Positions 47,168 through 58,800 of a stretch of 64,000 bases of DNA are shown here, piece by piece. The stretch is taken from IMG/VR virus record IMGVR_UViG_3300043434_000693, positions 32,241 through 96,240 of that record; one strand, written 5' to 3'. Within the stretch, counting starts at the first letter, position 1; every line of letters begins with the position of its first letter. Position numbers and translations under genes: made by a program. Under the pieces are notes generated by a model. It searched no databases, was not told the origin of the DNA, and saw nothing but the letters and a program-made list of their open reading frames with translations. This DNA comes from a virus.

Positions 47168-49309
47168 ATGTCGTATCAAGTTAAATTTACAGAATTTACA
47201 GATCCTTCAAAACCTGCTATTACAGTTGAAGATTTGACTTTAAATCAGCAAACATCTCTAACATTCGTCGGTAAAAATTATTCAGGATGGGCGCCTGTTG
47301 TTGCAGAAAACTTTTTACATCTTCTTGAAAATTTTGCAAAAAACTTACCTCCATCTAATCCAGTCGAAGGCCAATTATGGTATGATAATACTACAAATGT
47401 TAATTTGCTTAAGGTATTCGACGGAACAACATGGATTCCTACAGGATCGATTAAAAAAGCAACAGTAGCACCGTTAGTATCAAATAGCTTAACTGGTGAT
47501 TTATGGGTAGATACCGACAATCAACAGCTTTATATTTTTTCAGGGTCGACTTGGATTTTAATAGGACCTCAATTTAGCGAAGGATTAAAGACTGGGCCCG
47601 AAGTTGAAGTACTAACAGATATTAGTAATAACGACCATCCAGTTGTAGTACTTTATGCAAACAATGAACGAATAACAATTGTTAGTGATTCTGAATTCAC
47701 ACCAAAAACTACTATTCCGGGGTTTAGTGTTGTTCGCCGAGGAGTAAATTTAACATCAAGAACTTCAGTTCCGGACTTATTCTCCCCAAAATTTTGGGGA
47801 ACATCAAGCGGCGCAGATTCGTTAATTATTAATGGATCCTCGGTAGTATCTTCTAATTTTTTAAGATCAGATGCAACCGTTCCGATGAACGTTCCGTTAA
47901 TTATTAGATCTGAAACTGGTCTTAGTATCGGCAGTGATTTAAGTTTTAACATTAGCATTGGGGAAACTACTACTAATTTTAATTCAAAAACCGCTGGAAA
48001 AAGTTTTGAATTCATTGTTACAAACGACAATGGCACTTCAACGGTAATGCATATAGATGCATTGTCTAAAGTTGGTATTGGTAATAACAATACAAATCCT
48101 CAAGCAGAACTTGATGTGTTAGGAAATGTGATTGCATCTGGTTCAGCTACTATCGGCGGAGACTTAGAGTTAACAGGAACTATTACGGTTGGATCTAGTG
48201 CAGATTTTAACGGCGCAGTATCATTTAACGAAACAATTGTAATTAATAATTTAGATTCTAATACGTTATTACCAACTGCTGGAAGCGTAATATTGCCTGG
48301 ATATACAACTAGTTTAACAAATCCTCCTTTATACGACATTGGATCAGAAACTAAAACATTTAGAAATGTTTATGCAGAATCATTTAAAGGTAGTTTTACT
48401 GGAACAGTAATTGGTAATTTAGTAGGTGATATTACTGGATCAGCTGCAAAACTTGCTAGTCCTACAACATTTAGTTTAATTGGAGATGTAACTAGTAATT
48501 CAGTTGCATTTAACGGTCAAACACAAGACGGAACACTAATTCTTGAAACATCAATTAGTCAAGACTTAATCACTAGTAAAACACTAGTAACTGATTCGTT
48601 GTTAGACGATCAATTTTTAATATATCGTTCTTCAAATGTTGGTACTGGTGTTAGAAGGATTTCTAAACAAACAATTATTTCAAATATTCCAACTGTTCCT
48701 GTCGGTGCAATTTTTCCTTATGCAGGAAGATCGGCTCCGACTGGTTATTTGTTATGTGACGGTAGTGAAGTATTAATATCAACTTATGTTGAACTATTTA
48801 ATATTATAGGATATACATATAGAGACGTTACATTGTTAGTTGGAATTGGAACTTTTGCACTACCAGATTTAAGAGGTAGGTTCCCGTTAGGTAAAGACAG
48901 TATGGACAATGAGTTAACTGTGGTAACAGGTGACGGAAATATTGTTAATGCGGGAGGAAATAGAAACGGGTCTAATCCAAGCAGTAGCCCGGCAAACAGA
49001 GTTACTGATGTAACAGCAGACAATGTAGGATCAGCAAACGGATCTGAATATCAAACATTGAGTTTATCAAATCTTCCTGATCACAACCACAGCTTTGCAA
49101 CAGAACAAGCAGAATATTATGCAGGTAGTTTGCCAAACCCAGCAGCAGATCCGAATTCAACTAGCCAAGCAGGATTTAGTGCAGGAGCAACAACTAGTCA
49201 AGGAATTCCAAGAACTGGCGGTGTAAGATCCCCAGTTCTTGGCCAAGCATTCACAACTATGAATCCTTACCAGACTATCAATTATATCATATTTACTGGT
49301 GTATTATAA
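47168..49309 (+). CDS. Tail fibre / baseplate-attached protein with phage tail collar domain
   Basis: Shared N-terminal domain GKNYSG...ENFLHLLENFA..P.NP.EGQLWYD; collar motif VPVGAIFPYAG..APTGYLLCDG...LF.IIGY.Y...FALPDLRGRFPLG; ends NPYQTINYII. Confidence 0.85.
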   Translation: MSYQVKFTEFTDPSKPAITVEDLTLNQQTSLTFVGKNYSGWAPVVAENFLHLLENFAKNLPPSNPVEGQLWYDNTTNVNLLKVFDGTTWIPTGSIKKATVAPLVSNSLTGDLWVDTDNQQLYIFSGSTWILIGPQFSEGLKTGPEVEVLTDISNNDHPVVVLYANNERITIVSDSEFTPKTTIPGFSVVRRGVNLTSRTSVPDLFSPKFWGTSSGADSLIINGSSVVSSNFLRSDATVPMNVPLIIRSETGLSIGSDLSFNISIGETTTNFNSKTAGKSFEFIVTNDNGTSTVMHIDALSKVGIGNNNTNPQAELDVLGNVIASGSATIGGDLELTGTITVGSSADFNGAVSFNETIVINNLDSNTLLPTAGSVILPGYTTSLTNPPLYDIGSETKTFRNVYAESFKGSFTGTVIGNLVGDITGSAAKLASPTTFSLIGDVTSNSVAFNGQTQDGTLILETSISQDLITSKTLVTDSLLDDQFLIYRSSNVGTGVRRISKQTIISNIPTVPVGAIFPYAGRSAPTGYLLCDGSEVLISTYVELFNIIGYTYRDVTLLVGIGTFALPDLRGRFPLGKDSMDNELTVVTGDGNIVNAGGNRNGSNPSSSPANRVTDVTADNVGSANGSEYQTLSLSNLPDHNHSFATEQAEYYAGSLPNPAADPNSTSQAGFSAGATTSQGIPRTGGVRSPVLGQAFTTMNPYQTINYIIFTGVL

Positions 49310-50976
49310 TGAGTTATATCATAAACAGAACAGATGGGTCAATTTTAACAGAAGTAGTCGATGGTACAATAGATCAAACATCTACCGATATTACATTAAT
49401 TGGGAAGAACTCAAGTTCATTTGGAGAGTTCCTAAATGAAAATATGGTTAAACTTCTTGAAAACTTTGCAAATACTAATCAACCACAAAATCCTATTTTA
49501 GGTCAACTATGGTATGATACAAGCGAAGGCAGATTAAAAGTATATGACGGAACTGGATTTAAAGTGAGCGGTGGAACAATACTTTCGCCGGTTGTTCCTA
49601 GTTCTATTTCTCAAGGTGATTTATGGATCGATAGTAGACGGCGCCAGTTATACTTTAATGACGGCTTGTCTACAATGCTAGTAGGACCAGTTTATACAGA
49701 AGATCAAGGATTATCAGGGTTTCAGACGACTACTATATTAGATACTAATGGAATTAGTAGAAATGTTGTATCTTTATATGTAGCAAAAACCTTAATTGGA
49801 ATTTTTAGTAAAGACGCTTTTACTCCTGCCACTGCAATTGCTGGATTCAGCGGAACAATTGAAGTTGGGTTTAACGTAGGAACCCATTCCGGAATTAAAT
49901 TCCATGTTCCGGTAGAATCTGCGTCGGCATTGATTGATTCGTATATGAATCTTCGAACAGCGGAAGATTTTTTATATTCAACTGACAACTCGGCTACTAC
50001 TGGAACAATTACAATTCAAAATGAAAAGCCTTTAATTTTAGGTGCTAATAGCGAAAATGAGATACGCATTGACTCGTTAGCATTCGAATTAAACGCCAAC
50101 AGAGCAGACCAGAACGTTAAAATCAATGTATTACATAATGGACAGTTATTACCGAGTATTTTTGTTAATACTACAAATCAATATGTAGGTATTTTTACTA
50201 ATGCACCTACTGCAACATTAGATGTTAATGGAGATGCTGTTATTCAAGGTAGTCTAACAGTAAAGGGAACGTTAACAAGTATTAATACTACTAATTTAGA
50301 AATTAAAGATAAGTTAATTGAATTATCAAAAGTTGATGTTCCGTTAAATGATACAGCAAATGGTGGCGGAATTCGAGTATTAGGCGGAGTCGAAGGAGAT
50401 AAGGATTTTAAATGGGACCTTTCATCACTAAGTTGGAATTCTTCAGAATCCATTAATTTAGCATCTGCTAAATCATACAAAATTAACGGGTTCGAAGTAT
50501 TAAGTTATACTAGCCTTGGCAGTTCTGTTGAATCAGCACCTGGGCTATCGAGCATCGGAACATTATTAAATCTTCAAGTTGATAATATCAACATTAACGA
50601 TAATACTATTAGTTTTCAAAATATTGCACAAACTAATGGGGATATTTATCTCAAACCAAAAGGCACTGGATCAGTTGATGTTGTATCATCGAGAATTACA
50701 AGTTTGTCGGATCCGATAGCCGATACTGACGCAGTTAATTTTTACAAACTAAAACAACAGATTCAAGAAAAACCGTTAGCGATTTCTTTAGATATAACAG
50801 GGTTGTCAAATAGTGATATTGCTACGGTCTATCTAAATAAAATATTTCCTCCGGCAGAACTTACATTATCTTCTCCAGTTTGTAGAGTAGTTTGTACAGA
50901 TACAAGTACAAGCATAGTTTCTATTAGAGAATTTTCATTGTTATCCGGAGTATGGACTTACCAGCTCACTTTATAA
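49309..50976 (+). CDS. Tail fibre / baseplate-attached protein (paralog 2)
   Basis: Same N-terminal domain (LIGKN...NENMVKLLENFA...GQLWYD); fibre-like beta repeats and a DP..DTDAVN motif. Confidence 0.75.
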   Translation: MSYIINRTDGSILTEVVDGTIDQTSTDITLIGKNSSSFGEFLNENMVKLLENFANTNQPQNPILGQLWYDTSEGRLKVYDGTGFKVSGGTILSPVVPSSISQGDLWIDSRRRQLYFNDGLSTMLVGPVYTEDQGLSGFQTTTILDTNGISRNVVSLYVAKTLIGIFSKDAFTPATAIAGFSGTIEVGFNVGTHSGIKFHVPVESASALIDSYMNLRTAEDFLYSTDNSATTGTITIQNEKPLILGANSENEIRIDSLAFELNANRADQNVKINVLHNGQLLPSIFVNTTNQYVGIFTNAPTATLDVNGDAVIQGSLTVKGTLTSINTTNLEIKDKLIELSKVDVPLNDTANGGGIRVLGGVEGDKDFKWDLSSLSWNSSESINLASAKSYKINGFEVLSYTSLGSSVESAPGLSSIGTLLNLQVDNININDNTISFQNIAQTNGDIYLKPKGTGSVDVVSSRITSLSDPIADTDAVNFYKLKQQIQEKPLAISLDITGLSNSDIATVYLNKIFPPAELTLSSPVCRVVCTDTSTSIVSIREFSLLSGVWTYQLTL

Positions 50977-50986
50977 TTTAAAACAG

Positions 50987-50994
50987 CATAAATA
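50987..50994 (+). promoter_or_regulatory. Late promoter (CATAAATA)
   Basis: Intergenic box ending 24 nt before the 51019 ATG. Confidence 0.55.
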
Positions 50995-51018
50995 CACTAG
51001 AACTAAGGAATTACCAAG

Positions 51019-52530
51019 ATGTCATATATTATTAACAAATATAATGGAGATCAACTAACAGTAGTTGAAGATGGAACCATCAATACTACTCTAGATATCA
51101 AATTAATCGGAAAAAATTATGCCGGTTATGGTGAAGCACAAAATGAAAATTTAGTGTATTTGCTAGAAAATTTTGCAAGTATTAGCCAACCAGACCGTCC
51201 TATTGCAGGGCAGATTTGGTTTGATAGCGGAAACAGCAAATTAAAATTCTTTGATGGAGATCAATTTAGAACTACCGGAGGAGCCGAAATTGGCTCAGAA
51301 CCGCCTTCAGGTTTAACAGAAGGCGATTTTTGGTGGGATACTGTAAGCAAGCAACTAAGTGCATGGGATGGAACAAAGTTTGTTGTCATCGGACCAGAAA
51401 CAGCTGGTTCCGGTATTACACAAATGAGATCACGAACAGTTAAAGCTACAATTGCAACAGGAGGCGGTACTCACTCTATTATTGAAGCTATTGTAAACAG
51501 TGACACTATTTTTGTTATTAGCAAAGATGCAATGTTTGAGCTTGATAGTTCAGTAAATGCAATTGCTGGTTTTACAAAGGTTCAGCAAGGTATTACATTA
51601 AGAAACACTAATAACGATGCTGATTTAGGAGTAACACAAACTAATCATAGATTTTGGGGAACAGCATCAAATTCTGATAGATTAGGTGGATTAGAAGTTG
51701 GCGACTTTATCCGATCTGATAATGCTAACTTTAGTACTTTAGTTAATTTTGCAGATGTTGGGTTTTCTGTCGGTAATCCTAATCAAAGATTATGGGTTTA
51801 TAACGAAAGTAGTTTAATCCCAACAATTCATAATAAAATTAATGATCAAATTGTTTTTAAAACAACTAGCGGATCAGTTACTAAAACTCCGTTAAAGTTA
51901 GTAGGATCGGATATTTTACCGGGCGACAATTTAATTACAAATTTAGGATCTACAAGTTTACGATTTGCAACAATTTTTACAACTGTTGTTGACGGAACCG
52001 CTACACAAGCTGACAAATTGAATGTAGGAGGAACTTACAGAACTGCATCAACTTCTTCGAGTCCTAGCACAATTGTATGTAGAACAACCTCTGATGAAAC
52101 AATAAGCGGAATTAACGTAACAGCTGGGTCGATTAAGGCAGAGTATTTTGTAGGAACTGCAACAACTGCTTATTATGCTGACTTAGCAGAAAAATATTTA
52201 CCTGATGCAGATTACGAAGTTGGAACAGTTATGGTAATCGGCGGTGAAAAAGAAGTTACTGCAAGTTCGTATGGAAAAAGAGCAATTGGAGTTATTTCCG
52301 AAAATCCTGCATATATGATGAATTCGGATTTAGAAGGCGGAGTATATGTTGCATTAAAAGGACGAGTTCCTGTTAAGGTTTCCGGTCCAGTTAATAAAGG
52401 TGATTCATTAGTAGCAGCATCAAATGGAACTGCTAGTATTGTTAATACTGTAGATAGTAGAGTGTTCGCTATTGCATTAGAATCAAATAATTCTCATGAT
52501 GTTAAATTAGTTGAATGCGTGATACTCTAA
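51019..52530 (+). CDS. Tail fibre / baseplate-attached protein (paralog 3) with intramolecular-chaperone-like C-terminus
   Basis: Same N-terminal domain; C-terminal YADLAEKY...GVISENPAYMMN...VALKGRVPVKV.G.V.KGD.LV module. Confidence 0.75.
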   Translation: MSYIINKYNGDQLTVVEDGTINTTLDIKLIGKNYAGYGEAQNENLVYLLENFASISQPDRPIAGQIWFDSGNSKLKFFDGDQFRTTGGAEIGSEPPSGLTEGDFWWDTVSKQLSAWDGTKFVVIGPETAGSGITQMRSRTVKATIATGGGTHSIIEAIVNSDTIFVISKDAMFELDSSVNAIAGFTKVQQGITLRNTNNDADLGVTQTNHRFWGTASNSDRLGGLEVGDFIRSDNANFSTLVNFADVGFSVGNPNQRLWVYNESSLIPTIHNKINDQIVFKTTSGSVTKTPLKLVGSDILPGDNLITNLGSTSLRFATIFTTVVDGTATQADKLNVGGTYRTASTSSSPSTIVCRTTSDETISGINVTAGSIKAEYFVGTATTAYYADLAEKYLPDADYEVGTVMVIGGEKEVTASSYGKRAIGVISENPAYMMNSDLEGGVYVALKGRVPVKVSGPVNKGDSLVAASNGTASIVNTVDSRVFAIALESNNSHDVKLVECVIL

Positions 52531-52551
52531 AATTAATAACAGAGGATTTAC

Positions 52552-55500
52552 ATGGCCGGTCAAAGAACACCCATTGTCTCAAACGACTTTAATAATTTAC
52601 AAGGAAGGATCTCTCGTGTTTTAGGTATAGGTGACGGGGATTACGGGTACGGACAACAAGTTTCGAGTATTTCTACTATTCCAAAGACTACTATATCTGC
52701 AAGTCAATGGAATGAATTAAGAACAGATATCTTAAAATCAAGACAGCATCAAACAGGGCTTGATGAAAGTTCATCTTTAAATTTAGTCGTAGCTAAAACA
52801 GAAATTTCGAATGCTATATATGATGCATTCTCTAGTCTGTTAACTATTGTTGAAACTGATAGGCTAGTTACACCGCCGAGTACACAAGCAACGAGAGAAA
52901 ATTTAGCAGTTGGTACTAGAACAACCCCATGGAATGCGGTAGTTACTCATACCGTTACTACTGAGTTTGATACTGAAGATAGTTTAAGATGTTTTTTCAA
53001 TGCCGGTGGAGCTATTGAAATAAGTGCCAGCAGAACTGGCGGAATCGCATCGATTAAAAACAATACATGGTCAACCTTGTTGACTAATATGGGAACTATT
53101 AAATTTACTCGTTCTCAAACAACTTCGACTGGTTCTGGTACTGGTTCTCAAATAGGATATGATGGATTAACACAAGTAAATCAATTAGTATTTCAGAAAC
53201 TTGCAGGAAATGGATCTTATTATTCATTAAACGAATATAACATATATGCAAGACTTGGTGTAATCGAATCTGAAATTGTATTTACAATAGAATTTAATGA
53301 TGTTTTTGACGATTCAGTAGGGGATAACATTGACGGTACACTAACTAGCACCGTACAGATTTATCGATCATCTGGGTCAAATGTTTCTAATCGTCGCCCT
53401 TCAGTTGCATCCGAAATGGACGGCGGTACAGTTGTAGTAACACCAGTTGATCCGCCAGTTAATGTTACATATTTAATTACACCTAATACTGTAACAATAG
53501 GCGAAGCAAGTACGGCGGTTATATTTACAATTACAACCACTAATGTGCCTGACAACACTACATTGTATTGGACAACAAACGGCGGATTACAACTATTGGC
53601 GAACGATTTTGTAGACAACATAATGTCTGGATCAGTTGTAATTAATAATAATACCGCTTCGGTAATTCGTGCAGCGAAAGAAGACTCATTAACTGAAGGA
53701 TTAGAATCTTTCTTTTTAGAACTTAGAACTACTTCGATAGCTGGTCCGGTTGTAGCGACATCTTCCGTAATTGCAATACAAGATTTATCAGTCTCACCGA
53801 CACCTCTACCTGCTACATATGCAATTTCTTCTGTTGCATCAATCATGGCTGAAGGCGGAGTTAATGTGACATTTAACATTGTTACAACTAACATTCCGAA
53901 CGGTACTGTTCTATATTGGACCACTGTAGGAAGTGCAGGAATTTCGTCAGCAGACTTTGTTGATAGTACAACGACTGGATCTTTTGTTATAAACAATAAT
54001 ACAGGAACTATTAATCGAATCGCACGAGCAGATAATTATACAGAAGGATTAGAATATTTTAATATTGAACTTAGATCAATTTCTATATCAGGCCCAGTTC
54101 TTGCAGTTTCGAATAATGTTAGCATTATTGATGCATCTTTAACTCCGGCATTGTCGTTATCAGTTTTACCAACAGTAATTGACGAAGGCGCAACATTAAC
54201 TATTACCTTAAATGCTTCAAATATCGAATCAGGTAGGACGTTGTACTTAACATATACAGGAACAATATCAGATCAAGATTTATTAATACAAAATGGGCCA
54301 TCGGTTAATGTAACTACTAGAGAATTTACTTATACGACATCACCGACCGTGTGGACTTATCAAATTTTAGCTGATCAATTAACTGAAGGAACAGAAACTG
54401 GAACATGGCAGATCAGAGAAAATTCAAAAACAGGAACGGTATTAGCAACTAGCAGTACAGTTACAATTGGCGATAGTTCTCAGACAATAACACCTGCTTA
54501 TTCTATTGTAAATTCGACAAATGTTACTAACGAAGGAACCTCAGTAAACTTTACATTTATAACTACAACAGCAGATGGTACATATGAATGGGAAAATATC
54601 GGCACTTCTACAGCTAGCGATTTTACTGACAATATTAATTTAGGAACTTTTACTGTTGCAAGTGGAACCGGAGTAATCCAACGTATAGTTAAAGCAGATA
54701 AAACGACAGAAAATTTAGAAAGTATAATTATACAAGTCAAAAAAGACGGAGTTCCGGTAGTTACAAGCACACCGGTTACTATTAATGATACTTCTATAAC
54801 CCCGGCATATTCTATTATTAGTTCTGCATCGCTCGTTGATGAAAATTCAGCTGCGTTTACATTCACGTTTACAACTACTGATGCAAATGGAACTTACTAT
54901 TGGGAGAATATCGGAACCTCGACAGCAGCAGATTTTGTTGACAATTTAAATTCGGGGTCATTCGTTGTAACAAGCGGAGTCGGTACAATTCAAAGATCAG
55001 CAAGAGCTGATTTAATAACTGAATCTAACGAAACAGTAATTCTTCGAATTAGAGCAACTGAATCTGGTGAAGTATTAGCAACAAGTAATGCAGTTACTAT
55101 TAATGATACCTCAAGAACTCCTCCAGGAAGCATTAGTTATGCTGCTGGTCAACATGCATTCACAGTTCCAGCAAATGTTTATGCTTTACGATTCAATGTG
55201 TCAGGTGCTGGCGGTGGAAATGGCGGTCAAGATGCATCTAATATTCCGGGACAAGGATCGACTGGATCAAGAGTTACCGGAGAAATGGCAGTTATACCTG
55301 GGACAGTTGTTATGGTTTACGTTGGATCTGCCGGTCAAACTGGTGCAACAGGAGCATCAGCAATTGGCGGAGCCGGCGGATATTCATATGGCATCGGTTA
55401 TGATGGCGGTCGAGGCGGATCATCGGGTTGGAAAGGAACATCGGGGGCCGGCGGAGGCGGTGGAGCTGCATCAGTCTTACAATATAATGGCGTTATAAGA

Positions 55501-55836
55501 GTAGTTGCCGGCGGAGGCGGAGGCGGAGGCGGATCCGGCCAATACGGTGCAGGATCGCCGGGTATATATAGTCCTCCGGGCGGATTGCCATATTCTGGAT
55601 CTGGAAGTGCAGGAAAAAATTGTGGCTGGGCCGATGGAGGCGGTGGCGGAGCCGGAGGCGGTGGTCGAGGAGCAGGAGCTGGAGCATCAGTTGATCCTCC
55701 GGCCTACGATACAGGCGGGAGAGGAGGCCAAGCTGGCGGATCTTGGTTTGATGGCGAACTTGTAGCCGACGGATCTTACAGCATAGGATCATTAAAGGGA
55801 TCACCTGGGACAGTATCATTCTCATGGGGCGGATAA
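52552..55836 (+). CDS. Fibre/adhesin: shared MAGQ N-terminal domain, five Calx-beta-like repeats and a glycine-rich C-terminal domain
   Basis: 1094 aa; repeats carry the D..TEG.E signature; polyglycine runs at the C-terminus. Confidence 0.75.
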   Translation: MAGQRTPIVSNDFNNLQGRISRVLGIGDGDYGYGQQVSSISTIPKTTISASQWNELRTDILKSRQHQTGLDESSSLNLVVAKTEISNAIYDAFSSLLTIVETDRLVTPPSTQATRENLAVGTRTTPWNAVVTHTVTTEFDTEDSLRCFFNAGGAIEISASRTGGIASIKNNTWSTLLTNMGTIKFTRSQTTSTGSGTGSQIGYDGLTQVNQLVFQKLAGNGSYYSLNEYNIYARLGVIESEIVFTIEFNDVFDDSVGDNIDGTLTSTVQIYRSSGSNVSNRRPSVASEMDGGTVVVTPVDPPVNVTYLITPNTVTIGEASTAVIFTITTTNVPDNTTLYWTTNGGLQLLANDFVDNIMSGSVVINNNTASVIRAAKEDSLTEGLESFFLELRTTSIAGPVVATSSVIAIQDLSVSPTPLPATYAISSVASIMAEGGVNVTFNIVTTNIPNGTVLYWTTVGSAGISSADFVDSTTTGSFVINNNTGTINRIARADNYTEGLEYFNIELRSISISGPVLAVSNNVSIIDASLTPALSLSVLPTVIDEGATLTITLNASNIESGRTLYLTYTGTISDQDLLIQNGPSVNVTTREFTYTTSPTVWTYQILADQLTEGTETGTWQIRENSKTGTVLATSSTVTIGDSSQTITPAYSIVNSTNVTNEGTSVNFTFITTTADGTYEWENIGTSTASDFTDNINLGTFTVASGTGVIQRIVKADKTTENLESIIIQVKKDGVPVVTSTPVTINDTSITPAYSIISSASLVDENSAAFTFTFTTTDANGTYYWENIGTSTAADFVDNLNSGSFVVTSGVGTIQRSARADLITESNETVILRIRATESGEVLATSNAVTINDTSRTPPGSISYAAGQHAFTVPANVYALRFNVSGAGGGNGGQDASNIPGQGSTGSRVTGEMAVIPGTVVMVYVGSAGQTGATGASAIGGAGGYSYGIGYDGGRGGSSGWKGTSGAGGGGGAASVLQYNGVIRVVAGGGGGGGGSGQYGAGSPGIYSPPGGLPYSGSGSAGKNCGWADGGGGGAGGGGRGAGAGASVDPPAYDTGGRGGQAGGSWFDGELVADGSYSIGSLKGSPGTVSFSWGG

Positions 55837-55848
55837 TAGAGGAACGTA

Positions 55849-58800
55849 ATGACTGGTCAATATACACCGATTATTTCAATTGATTACAATTCACTGCAAT
55901 CGAGAATAGCACAAGTCTTAGGTGTAGGTTCGGGAAATTATGGTTACGGACAAAATTTAAAAAGTTCACAAAGTAGACCTCGTAGTGCTATTACTCGCAC
56001 TCAGTGGAACAATTTAAGAGAAGACGTATTAAAAGCTCGCCAACATCAAACAGGTGTTGATGAATCGGGTAATGTACCGCCTATTATTCCTGCTCCAAAT
56101 TATACAGCCACCCCTCCAGTCCTTCCTACAAGATTGATAACTAGCGATATTCAAAAATTTGCAGATATTATTACATTAATAGAAAATGATCGACTAGTTA
56201 CGCCTCCTAGTAATCAAGCAACTCGAGAAAACATTTCGGTTATTACTAGAACAGTACCTTGGAATAATGTTTTAACTTATACAGTTGATGTACAATATGC
56301 AAGTGAAGAAGCAGCAAGATGGTATTTTAATACTGGAAGTACTATAGAATTTAGTGCTATCAGAGTTGGCGGTACTGTAAATGTTAAGAATCAAAATTGG
56401 TCCGATTTATTGTCGAGCATGGGTACAATAACATTTGATTTAAATTCGACTTCTGCATCCGGTACAGGCACAGGTTCAGCATTTGGTTACTACAATTTAC
56501 CAACGACTGACGAGTTGATTTTTAGAAAAACTGCGGATTCAGGGACATATAGTGCTAACAGGTATTCTATATATGCTCGAATCGGCAATGATAGGTCCGC
56601 TATTATTTTTACTATTGAAATTGCCGATAATGATACTGGTATAACAGATGAAAATATTGATGGAACATTAACAAATACGGTTCAAGTTTACAGAGCATCG
56701 GGGACTAATGTTTCAGTTCCTCGCCCTGGAGCTCCATTACCACTCAATCCAGATTATTATATTGCACCTCAGATTACATCAATCGGTGAAGGCCAGATAG
56801 CAGTAGATTTCATTGTAACTACACAAGATGTACCGAATGGTACGTTATTATATTGGACAACATCAACCACTTTAGGTATTTCCTCAGCAGATTTTACAGA
56901 TAATGTATTGTCTGGTTCTGTACTAATTTATAGTGATACAGCAACAATACCTCGTGCCGCAATCGCTGATCAAAAAACTGAAGGGACTGAGTCATTTTAT
57001 TTGGAATTAAGAGCAGATTCGATTGGCGGACCTGTGTTAGCAGTTAGCGATCCGGTTCAAATTTTAGATTTGTCAACTGATCCTATACCGCCAGGCGCTA
57101 CTTACGAAATCACCCCAGACGCAACAATACTAGTTGAAGGCGCACCAGAAGGCGTGACCTTTTTTGTTAATACTACAGGAGTTCCGGACGGAACTACACT
57201 ATTTTGGTCTACATCAGCTACAGCCGGTATTTCAGCAGCAGATTTTACAGATAACACGTTAGTCGGTACTGTAACAATAAAAAATAATACAGGTTCTTTT
57301 AAGAGGGTTACTACTGCTGATCTTACAACAGAAGGTTCCGAAGTATTTTTCATGGAGTTACGAACAGGGTCAACTTCGGGTACAGTTGTTGCATCTAGTA
57401 TAACATTATTAATTTTAGATATTTCATTAACTCCGTCGTTGAGTTTAGATTCATATCCGTTGTATGTTGATGAAGGCGGAGCATTAACAGTTGAGTTAAA
57501 TGCTTTCTTTATACCAACAAACAAAAAATTATATCTTACATTCTCTGGAAGTGCTACTGAAACTGATTTAAATCAGTTGTCTGGCCCTACAATTAACAGT
57601 TCTACAAGAGAATTTGTTTATACAGAATCGCCTACTTTGTGGACATTTGAAGTGCTAGCAGACAGGACAACAGAAGGCACCGAAAACATAGTTTGGCAAG
57701 TAAGATCAGATTCGAAAACAGGTACCGTACTAGCCGAAAGTCCGAGTATTACGATTAACGATACATCAAGAACACCGATATATACGTTGCAAGTTAATCC
57801 GTCGACAATAAACGAAGGTGGCACAGTTACAACAACCCTAACTATGCAAAATGTGTCAGTTGGTACTACGTTGTATTTAAAACTTGATACGTCGTCTCAA
57901 GCAACGAGTTTAGATTTAACACAAGCATCAGGACCTTCGATTAGTGGAGATTATTCATTCTCAGTTACTTCGACTAGTTTAGAGTGGACGCATACGATAG
58001 TTGCAGATTCTTTAACAGAAGGAACAGAACTTTTTAATTGGGTTCTTGCAACTGATGCAGCATTTTCAAAGGTAGTTGCAACTAGCAATACTGTAACAAT
58101 TCAAGATACTTCGTTAAGTCCGACAGAATATCAAATTGTGCCATTCCCTGTCGAAGTTGTTGAAGGTGAATTAGTAACTGGTAATACAACATATAGTATA
58201 ATGGATTCCCCAATTGGATCATTAGTTGCTTGTTGGGCTATGGACGAAGCTGACGGAATAACATTAAATGATAAAGTTGATAGTGGCAATCAAGTAGCAA
58301 CCGGCGGAACTTTTGGGTGGGCTACTATTAACGGAAAATCCGCTGCATCGTTTAACGGTAACGCAGCAAGTTTTGCACAAGTTAAACAAGATTCAGAAGG
58401 ATTAAAACTTACATCAAAACCAGGCAGTTCTTATACAATAGAAGCATGGATTTATCCGACCGGTCCAGGACAAGATTCGGTGTACGGCGGAGAGATTATT
58501 AACCATGACAGAGATTTTGAAGTCGCAAGAAGACCTAATGGACAAATTATGGTTGCTTCTGACTGGGGAATAGGTACGGATATTAATTTACCCGGAGGAG
58601 GATGGATTATTCCTCCGGCAGGAGTTGCAGTAGCACCTTTAAATACTGCAACACATGTTGCTGTAGTGATTGAAAATACTGTTTTAAAGATTTATATAAA
58701 CGGTGCGCTTGTGTGGACTAAAACAGGTCTTAATAGATTAAGATCGAATAGTATCAATAATAAAACTTTTATTGGTAACAGAAGGGGTAAAACAGCCGGT

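Noticed and set aside
55190-55760. Local GC-rich stretch with GGCGGA repeats (also 59310-59390 and 59990-60280)
   Set aside because: Explained by glycine codons in polyglycine adhesin domains. No template/variable repeat pair or reverse transcriptase was seen to suggest a diversity-generating retroelement.
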